Below are positions 7,887 to 13,706 of a DNA stretch of 24,000 bases, in pieces. Each line of letters begins with the position of its first letter. Within the stretch, counting starts at the first letter, position 1. Source of the DNA: Bacilli bacterium (lineage in GTDB: Bacteria > Bacillota_I > Bacilli_A > RFN20 > CAG-826); assembly GCA_017940265.1 (NCBI GenBank), contig JAGAYY010000025.1, forward strand, positions 182,177-206,176, read 5' to 3'. The notes beneath the pieces were generated by a model that was given only the letters and a program-made list of their open reading frames with translations, did no database searches and was not told where the DNA came from. Made by a program: the position numbers and the translations under genes.

Positions 7887-8515
7887 ATAGAAAATTACCT
7901 AAAGCTGGGTTCTGTGTAAAACGGAATTCCAGCTTTTGATTCTGTTCTTATAAAAGAACTATGGAGTAGCTTATGCGAAGGTGCTGTGAGCGAGAGTTAC
8001 TCCGAGAGTATGGAGATAAGAACCATACCATCGTCTGAGCGATGTAAAAGTGTCACAGGATCAGAAACAATAGACTGAGGTGTTGTTAACTCGGTATCGT
8101 GAGATTTTCTGATTATTGGCTTAGAGCGGGAAAAATAAATGGTTTAACACAAAATTCATAGAACTTAATCTAGGGTAATATTAATAGCCCAGATAATATA
8201 AGTTTATGAATAATATAAAACAAAAAATCCTAGTATCGAAGAGGTACTAGACCTGGTAGGGTGATGGTTTCTTGGAAGACAGGAAATCTACAGTGCCCTA
8301 ATCAACACACGTAACCTAGGAACCTGGGTGAACTAATGGTGATCAAATCTCTGTATGGATTTGACTATCAGAGGAGTGTGAATTAACTTTGATTGGGTAT
8401 ACAGACCTGATCCCATGCTTAGAGGAATATTTCTGAAGAGGTTATATTCAATAGGTGAGGAGTTAATTAAGAAAGACCTGCGGAGAGAAGCCACAGGCGC
8501 AATCATTTTAAACTT
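7887..8515 (+). ncRNA. candidate long structured RNA or long 5' leader (class unknown)
   Basis: About 630 nt without a credible ORF. My hand count is about 44% G+C over 7961-8120. Helices: 7963-7968/7998-8003, 8008-8013/8023-8028, 8029-8033/8040-8044, 8060-8067/8106-8113 (8 bp), 8230-8237/8243-8250. Several helices contain T:G pairs that only work as U-G in plus sense. Confidence 0.35.
7903..7938 (+). terminator. terminator-like hairpin after 6895..7860
   Basis: agctgg (7903-7908) / ccagct (7929-7934), 20-nt loop, then tttg. The large loop lowers confidence. Confidence 0.45.
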
Positions 8516-8539
8516 TTGAGACAAAGTATATATAAATAT

Positions 8540-8767
8540 ATGAAACAAACAGAAAAAGAGATTCAGAGGCTATCCGACATGGTTAGTGCTGATCAACAAG
8601 TTTATGAGTTTCATCGTAGTGTTATAGATTTAGTCGGTCAGAAAGTAAATGGAGTCTGGACCACTGAAGCATTGAAGGTAGTCGGATATGCAACGCGTCA
8701 GGCAAGTAAGTTAGCTACTAGAATCAATACTAACAAACGATTACTCAAAGAACTTCAAGCAGGTTAA
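8540..8767 (+). CDS. hypothetical protein
   Basis: The ORF track starts at TTG 8516. The first ATG is at 8540 (MKQTEKEIQRL...). Confidence 0.65.
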   Translation: MKQTEKEIQRLSDMVSADQQVYEFHRSVIDLVGQKVNGVWTTEALKVVGYATRQASKLATRINTNKRLLKELQAG

Positions 8768-8805
8768 GGACCAACCTGCTTCCGAAACAAATAAATGGAT
8801 AAATT

Positions 8806-9003
8806 ATGAACAATACAACAGCAATTATCCTATGTGTATGGGCAATATCCTTATACATAGTCTCTAGACAGTATGACGAAGATGATAAGCTTAGTGTATG
8901 GAGAATAATACTTCTAGTACTTATTGCTCCACTCATTGCGCTTCATAAAATCTTTAGTGTTATTGCGATTATGGTATTAATTGAACTTAGACATAGTAGA
9001 TAA
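8806..9003 (+). CDS. small membrane protein (65 aa)
   Basis: ORF track. Two hydrophobic segments. Preceded by the leader ccgaaacaaataaatggataaatt. Confidence 0.6.
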   Translation: MNNTTAIILCVWAISLYIVSRQYDEDDKLSVWRIILLVLIAPLIALHKIFSVIAIMVLIELRHSR

Positions 9004-9004
9004 A

Positions 9005-9142
9005 ATGGAAAAGAAGACAACATTTTGGGATTTCGCAATTAAGAATCCCATTTCCTCCATAGTGATAGTAGGTCTGGTAACGGACTGTGTGTGGAGGGTA
9101 GCAAACTTAGTATTAAACTATTTAGGGGAGACGGAGGAATAA
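9005..9142 (+). CDS. small membrane protein (45 aa, not in ORF track)
   Basis: My translation: MEKKTTFWDFAIKNPISSIVIVGLVTDCVWRVANLVLNYLGETEE. It starts 2 nt after the previous stop. Confidence 0.45.
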   Translation: MEKKTTFWDFAIKNPISSIVIVGLVTDCVWRVANLVLNYLGETEE

Positions 9143-9178
9143 TCTCCCCATCAAAACGGACAAACAAATGGACAAATT

Positions 9179-9346
9179 ATGTATGCGAAGATTGTTAACA
9201 CATTAGAAACAGTAGTAGCCACCAGTATTGGTACGGCTATTGGCTCTGCAGTGTATGAGATAGGCAGAGCATGGATAAACTATAGATTCCTAGATGAGGA
9301 ATCTCCTGGTTATAAATTTAAAAATGGATTCGTATGGGAGAATTAA
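9179..9346 (+). CDS. small hydrophobic protein (55 aa, not in ORF track)
   Basis: My translation: MYAKIVNTLETVVATSIGTAIGSAVYEIGRAWINYRFLDEESPGYKFKNGFVWEN. Leader acaaacaaatggacaaatt resembles that of 8806. Confidence 0.45.
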   Translation: MYAKIVNTLETVVATSIGTAIGSAVYEIGRAWINYRFLDEESPGYKFKNGFVWEN

Positions 9347-9468
9347 TCAGAGATGTCGTTGGTATATTCTGGGGTGGAGTTATCAACGGTTTCAGAATTG
9401 GGGCAACAAACCTAGCGAAAGATCTTCTCATCGAATCTATTGAAAAACAAAAAGAGCGGATGGACTAA
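9334..9468 (+). CDS. small hydrophobic protein (44 aa, not in ORF track)
   Basis: My translation: MGELIRDVVGIFWGGVINGFRIGATNLAKDLLIESIEKQKERMD. 13-nt overlap with the previous ORF. Confidence 0.4.
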   Translation: MGELIRDVVGIFWGGVINGFRIGATNLAKDLLIESIEKQKERMD

Positions 9469-9507
9469 GAAACCAGCTCTTATCCGAAACAAATAAAGAA
9501 CAACAAA

Positions 9508-9708
9508 ATGAACAAATTAATAGCGTGGATTATAGCAACTATAATATATTCGTTGCTGATCCTAGGTATGGCTGGTGATTTCGGCCAAGAGACAAAGAAG
9601 TTTGCCACATGGATATTTCTTAGTGCATTAGCTTTCGGAGTATCGTATTGGTGGAAACCTTTAATCAGGCTCATTAAGAGATTATGGGCAGAAAGAAATG
9701 AAGAATGA
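9508..9708 (+). CDS. small membrane protein (66 aa)
   Basis: ORF track. Two hydrophobic helices. Leader ccgaaacaaataaagaacaacaaa. Confidence 0.6.
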   Translation: MNKLIAWIIATIIYSLLILGMAGDFGQETKKFATWIFLSALAFGVSYWWKPLIRLIKRLWAERNEE

Positions 9709-9719
9709 ATTGATATTGG

Positions 9720-9763
9720 AATTAGAGTGGTTACTATAATAGGTGATCACTCTAATTTTCTTG
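9720..9763 (+). terminator. rho-independent terminator
   Basis: Perfect 10-bp stem aattagagtg (9720-9729) / cactctaatt (9748-9757), then ttcttg. Confidence 0.7.
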
Positions 9764-9813
9764 TCGTTTAGTAATTTTAATCTAGACCTGATGAGCTCGT
9801 AAGAGCGAAACAG
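9761..9813 (+). ncRNA. hammerhead self-cleaving ribozyme, type III topology
   Basis: UUGUC|GUUUAG-uaauuuuaau-CUAGAC-CUGAUGA-GCUC-GUAA-GAGC-GAA-ACAG. All core nucleotides are present: C3-A9 = 9788-9794, G12A13A14 = 9807-9809, A15.1 9810 pairing U16.1 9764, and C17 9765. Stem I is 6 bp and stem II is 4 bp with a GNRA loop. Stem III is 4 bp and open. Confidence 0.8.
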
Positions 9814-9904
9814 CTATAGTATTAACTGCAGCTAAAGTCTGCGACCTATATTATAGAATATCAATAAATTTCAAGATATTATTAACAATTAAAAAGAACA
9901 AATT

Positions 9905-10195
9905 ATGGATAAAGAGAAAGTAAATTTAAAACAATGGCTTAAAAAGAATTGGCCAAGTGTTCTAGTGAGTGGGGTTAGTGTAATGGCTGTAGTTTATGAA
10001 TATTACCTCATCACAGAACTCAAGCGAATGAATGATGCCCTAGTTGCGGAGAACCGTGATTTAGAAAGAAAAAGTCTTGATCTAGCGGGTCAAGTCAGGG
10101 CAAGTGAACGAGAGAATCGACAGTTAACCCGAGAAATTGGAAACTTAAATTATCAACTCGGGAAAGTCGTTTCTAAAGAACATTTAAAACTTTAA
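9905..10195 (+). CDS. single-pass membrane protein with coiled coil (FtsB/DivIC-like or i-spanin-like architecture)
   Basis: TM segment WPSVLVSGVSVMAVVYEYYLI, then a heptad-like region LKRMNDALVAENRDLERKSLDL... Confidence 0.65.
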   Translation: MDKEKVNLKQWLKKNWPSVLVSGVSVMAVVYEYYLITELKRMNDALVAENRDLERKSLDLAGQVRASERENRQLTREIGNLNYQLGKVVSKEHLKL

Positions 10196-10198
10196 ACT

Positions 10199-10549
10199 AT
10201 GTACAACAGAAGATTCTTAGCGGCTAACATTAATGAAAATATGTTTAGCCCTGATGTTAGAACGGGTGGTTTTAGCATTGAACCAACAAAATCTAGTCTT
10301 TCCGAATTAAAAGGGATTGATAAAATCTATTGCTCTATTAATAATAAGGCATTAGTTAATACCCTTGAAAGAATCGGTATTAAGACAGAAAGGCTTAGTA
10401 AATTTATTGCCGAGGAAGGTGATACTATTTTCACCGTCCAAGTCAAAGGAATTGATGGACCAATCAGAAAATTCTCGGAGGATGAAGAGTTACCAGAAAC
10501 AAGTACTCTGATTGTAACGAGATATGATTTTGTGCGAAAATCGTCATAG
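10199..10549 (+). CDS. hypothetical protein
   Basis: ORF track. Starts 3 nt after the previous stop. Confidence 0.7.
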   Translation: MYNRRFLAANINENMFSPDVRTGGFSIEPTKSSLSELKGIDKIYCSINNKALVNTLERIGIKTERLSKFIAEEGDTIFTVQVKGIDGPIRKFSEDEELPETSTLIVTRYDFVRKSS

Positions 10550-10562
10550 TAATAAACTTAAA

Positions 10563-11999
10563 ATGAACAAGCAAATGGACAAAAGAAAAGAAGCAAAGTT
10601 TGATCCTGAGAGACAAATCGATTTTGTAAAATTAATCGGTGCACTTGATTGGACAAATGAAATTAATCCTGTTTCCCTGGTTAAAGCAGTGAACAAAGTA
10701 GCTAATCTTAAGGGAATAAAGAAGTATGAAACCAATGAGAAGTCCTTCGGGAGTTTGATTAAGAGTTTCGAGATGAGGGTATCAAGATTCGTCAATACCC
10801 GATTCCAAGGCAAAGATCGATTCTATCGCCTGAAAGAAGGATGTACGGTAGAACAGATGTTAGCTTTTGCAAAAACAGGAGAAGTCATTAAACCAAAGGA
10901 AATTATTGGGGAAAAGAAGTATTATATCCCTGAGGTTAAATCTGAGGAAATGGCAACAAAACGGGAACGTCGTGTTTTCCCGGATAATGAAGCTCTGATG
11001 AAAACTATTATAATTCTTAAGTACTTGAAAAAAGGAAATGGAGAATCGGTTGGATCAGAGGTGCGAAGCTTTGTAGAGAGTAACGCAGGCTGGAAACGTC
11101 AAAGATCTGTGTGTGGCAAACTTATGTCAGCATATCAAGAAGCTACCAAGATCTTGACTGAGTACTTAGATCTCCCAGAGAAGACGCTAGTAGTTAATCA
11201 TAACAAAACTAAGTTCAATGGAGATCTCTCTAAAATAGATGGGTATATAGATAGTCTTATTTCGCTTATTGATGGTGAAGAAGAAATGTCGAAAATACTC
11301 GCCTGGATGACTTTAATAGATGGTAAAGAGAGCAAAAAAGAGGAGGAAGAAGAAAACGTTGTGGTCATTCCTACAAGAAAAAAGACTACAGAAGTTGTTT
11401 ATACTTCTCCCGATACTAATGCGCCTAAGCAGTCAATTACATTGCCCACAGTAGAGCCCTTCGATGGTATTAAATCAAAGTGGAATAAGTCGTTGATCGC
11501 TGAAGTAATCCGTCGAGAAGGACGTGGGACTAGAATTGAGTATATCCCATTGTCCGGAACTATCAAGAAGAATAGATTTGTTGACATTCAAGTAACAGAT
11601 CTTAAGAGCTTGATTCGGGAAATCCAAAGTCAATTCCCGAATATCTTCTATGGTATTGATTCCCAAGGTTTCAGTATCAGCTCAGAAAAGATGCTCACTG
11701 AGTTCTGGTTGGCATATGATCAGAAGAAAATCACTGAGCAAGTGTTTATGAGACTTAAGATGAGCCTCAAAGATTTAACCGAGAATTATCCGGACCTTAA
11801 GTTCGAGATTGCTTCGGAGATTTCAGAGGAAGATAACATCTATAGTATCACAGTGGACAGAACTAATAAGGCCGAGCGGGCACTTACTAAGTTAGTTTGG
11901 AGTATGAGAAAAGGAGAAACAATCCTAGAATCACCCAATAACTGGACATTTAGAAGAGTAAATCTTATAATGAGTAAGCTTGGACTGACTGAACTCTAA
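10563..11999 (+). CDS. hypothetical protein
   Basis: The ORF track gives 10524. The in-frame ATG at 10563 (MNKQMDKRKE) avoids overlap with the upstream gene and has an A-rich leader. Confidence 0.75.
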   Translation: MNKQMDKRKEAKFDPERQIDFVKLIGALDWTNEINPVSLVKAVNKVANLKGIKKYETNEKSFGSLIKSFEMRVSRFVNTRFQGKDRFYRLKEGCTVEQMLAFAKTGEVIKPKEIIGEKKYYIPEVKSEEMATKRERRVFPDNEALMKTIIILKYLKKGNGESVGSEVRSFVESNAGWKRQRSVCGKLMSAYQEATKILTEYLDLPEKTLVVNHNKTKFNGDLSKIDGYIDSLISLIDGEEEMSKILAWMTLIDGKESKKEEEEENVVVIPTRKKTTEVVYTSPDTNAPKQSITLPTVEPFDGIKSKWNKSLIAEVIRREGRGTRIEYIPLSGTIKKNRFVDIQVTDLKSLIREIQSQFPNIFYGIDSQGFSISSEKMLTEFWLAYDQKKITEQVFMRLKMSLKDLTENYPDLKFEIASEISEEDNIYSITVDRTNKAERALTKLVWSMRKGETILESPNNWTFRRVNLIMSKLGLTEL

Positions 12000-12009
12000 G
12001 TTCACTAAA

Positions 12010-12020
12010 CCTTATATGAG
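12010..12020 (+). promoter_or_regulatory. CCTTAT-box-like sequence (doubtful; lies between a stop codon and a terminator)
   Basis: CCTTATATGAG. Confidence 0.2.
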
Positions 12021-12023
12021 GAG

Positions 12024-12055
12024 AGTATAGCAATTAAGCTATACTTTCTTCTTTT
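12024..12055 (+). terminator. rho-independent terminator
   Basis: agtatagc (12024-12031) / gctatact (12038-12045), then ttcttctttt. Confidence 0.7.
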
Positions 12056-12060
12056 GGGGA

Positions 12061-12090
12061 AACAAAAAAAAAGAAGGGAATTAACCCTTC
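12061..12090 (-). terminator. rho-independent terminator whose hairpin includes the stop codon
   Basis: Minus sense: GAAGGG-ttaatt-CCCTTC followed by T9 (plus-strand A-run 12064-12072). Confidence 0.7.
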
Positions 12091-12464
12091 TTATATTTTT
12101 CTTCAAGTACAACCTCAAAACATTCATATAATCCAATCTCCTTAAGAAATCCGATAACTTGCTCTACAGAACAGGGAGCTTCTTTATACCAATCATAGTC
12201 TCCGAAGTATTTACCGAAGATTTCCATTAGTTTTTTATAGAAGTCACCCTCTGATCCGAAGCTCTTAGTCTCAATCAGATACTTAGCAGCTTTGGTTAGT
12301 AGTTCCTTAGCGGTTGCACTCTTGAAGTCTATTACTACTTTGACTACTACAGGTGGATTTTGTTTTTTCACCACCTTTTTCTTCATTCGCCGGTAGTATG
12401 TAGTTACTCCACCGGCGGTCAGTAATAATATTAATCCTCCTAACAGTTTTTTATTATTCTTCAT
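12081..12464 (-). CDS. membrane-anchored or secreted hypothetical protein
   Basis: The ORF track starts at 12527. The internal ATG at 12464 gives MKNNKKLLGGLILLLTAGG (signal/TM-like) and is preceded by aaccgaaacaaacaac. The track's N-terminal extension runs through a strong hairpin. Confidence 0.65.
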   Translation of the reverse strand: MKNNKKLLGGLILLLTAGGVTTYYRRMKKKVVKKQNPPVVVKVVIDFKSATAKELLTKAAKYLIETKSFGSEGDFYKKLMEIFGKYFGDYDWYKEAPCSVEQVIGFLKEIGLYECFEVVLEEKYKKG

Positions 12465-12735
12465 GTTGTTTGTTTCGGTTTTTGTTTTTAATTCAGCTCT
12501 CCTCTCCCGAAAGAAAGGAGCTGCCATACGAACCTACTACTAGATTACTTCTCTATCCGAGTCCCGAAGGATTCTGATAGATTTTCTTCTAGCCTCCTTC
12601 GCCCCACTTAGCTTCCCAGCTTTAGTGGTACCTAGACTACTACACCACGTTGAGGTGTGGGGATATGCAGTAGATTGAGAGGGAATGATATTAATGTGGA
12701 GTACATGAGTCAAGTTACTTTTCGGAATTATCATA
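12465..12735 (-). ncRNA. candidate structured 5' leader or ncRNA (class unknown)
   Basis: In minus sense there is a 12-bp hairpin with a UUCG loop (plus 12494-12523) and a C(UUCG)G hairpin (plus about 12555-12575). CCCCAC/GUGGGG helix at plus 12601-12606/12655-12660. G-U pairs work only in minus sense. Confidence 0.35.
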
Positions 12736-12904
12736 TTTACATATATTCTATTAATCGTCTAATATATTCTTTACAATAAATCAGGATACTAATATTAGTT
12801 TATTTATTCTATCATTATTATATTAGTTCCCTATCCGTTCTCCATGTAACACTCGAAAGTAATTATTAATCCTCTACTCCAACATTGTCGAGCCTTCTCT
12901 CTCA

Positions 12905-13660
12905 TTAATAAGGATTTCCAGGGTCCTCTATTACAACCGGATAACCTGAAACGTTATAAAATTCAGTCTCACCAATTACTCTATGTTCTGGTTTATGGAT
13001 ATGGCCGAAAATATGTATCCTAGGTTTTACCCTTCTGACGGTTTCTGATAATTCTAATGATCCTGGTTCTTCAAATCCATAATCTCCTAGACTTTCCTTA
13101 ATACATCGGAGGCCATAGAATCTAGGAGCATCATGAGTAACTAGGATATCAAGTCCGGAAGGTATCATCTTTAGGTCTTCTCTCCTTCCTCTCGTCCACT
13201 GAAAAGCCCATCCAGAACCACAGATAGTCCAAGGATTTCCCCAGATCCTACGTCCTTCATATTCTATCTCATAGTCGACCAGTACCTCGATTCCAGTTCC
13301 CAACCGATTTCCTCTTTCTCTCTCAATCCAAAAGTCATGATTACCGGGAACAATCACGAACTTGTATGCGGCCGGAAAGAAATTTGGCAGCTCACTCAAG
13401 AATTCCCTCATTTCTTTCTTTTGTTCAGAGTAGATATCGCTGCCACATATATCACCGGCCAAGATAACTAGTTCGGCATTCCATTCCCGGTCCCAATTTT
13501 TCCAGGTTCCGTGTATATCAGAAACAGCAGCTATAGTAAGAGGACCAATATAAGGAGTGCTATCAGGTAAGGTCCTCCCCAGAATAGTATTACCCTCAGT
13601 TGCCATAGAATCAAGTAACATAATAACAATACTAAGATTAAGTTTTTAAACTTCTTTTTC
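12905..13660 (-). CDS. calcineurin-like metallophosphoesterase, probably with N-terminal signal peptide or anchor
   Basis: Motifs SDIHG, AGDICG, PGNHD, VTHDAP, GHIH. The in-frame ATG at 13660 (no intervening stop by my translation) adds MKKKFKNLILVLL upstream of the track's TTG start at 13621. The CCTTAT box abuts that ATG. Confidence 0.8.
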
Positions 13661-13673
13661 ATAACAATAATAA
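13661..13673 (-). promoter_or_regulatory. CCTTAT-box abutting start codon
   Basis: Minus-sense CCTTATTATTGTT followed by ATG 13660. It overlaps the 3' half of the upstream terminator stem. Confidence 0.45.
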
Positions 13674-13697
13674 GGAAGAGACCATAACAAGTCCCTT
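13661..13697 (-). terminator. terminator-like hairpin after the vWA gene
   Basis: Minus sense: GGAAGGGAC (13697-13689) / GUCUCUUCC (13680-13672) with one G-U pair, then UUAUUAUUGUU. Confidence 0.5.
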
Positions 13698-13706
13698 CCC
13701 TAGAAT

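Noticed and set aside
8249-8481. Repeated AGACCTG heptamer (about 8249, 8403, 8475, and in the hammerhead at 9784) as degenerate ribozyme copies
   Set aside because: A 7-mer is expected a few times by chance in 24 kb on two strands. The flanking sequences do not reproduce the hammerhead core.
8333-8548. 71-aa minus-strand ORF in the 7887-8515 gap
   Set aside because: It is antisense to the surrounding plus-strand unit. It has no start context or motif and overlaps the start of the 8540 gene. The peptide has no recognisable features.
12010-12020. CCTTATATGAG as a functional promoter box
   Set aside because: It sits between a stop codon and a strong terminator, facing a convergent gene. Any transcript would be about 30 nt long. 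It is probably a chance or vestigial copy.
12540-12734. 64-aa minus-strand ORF, and the 12465-12527 N-terminal extension of the 12081 gene
   Set aside because: Both run through strong UUCG-capped hairpins. The conserved CCGAAACAAAC leader and a signal-like N-terminus favour the ATG at 12464. The 64-aa peptide looks like translated structured RNA.
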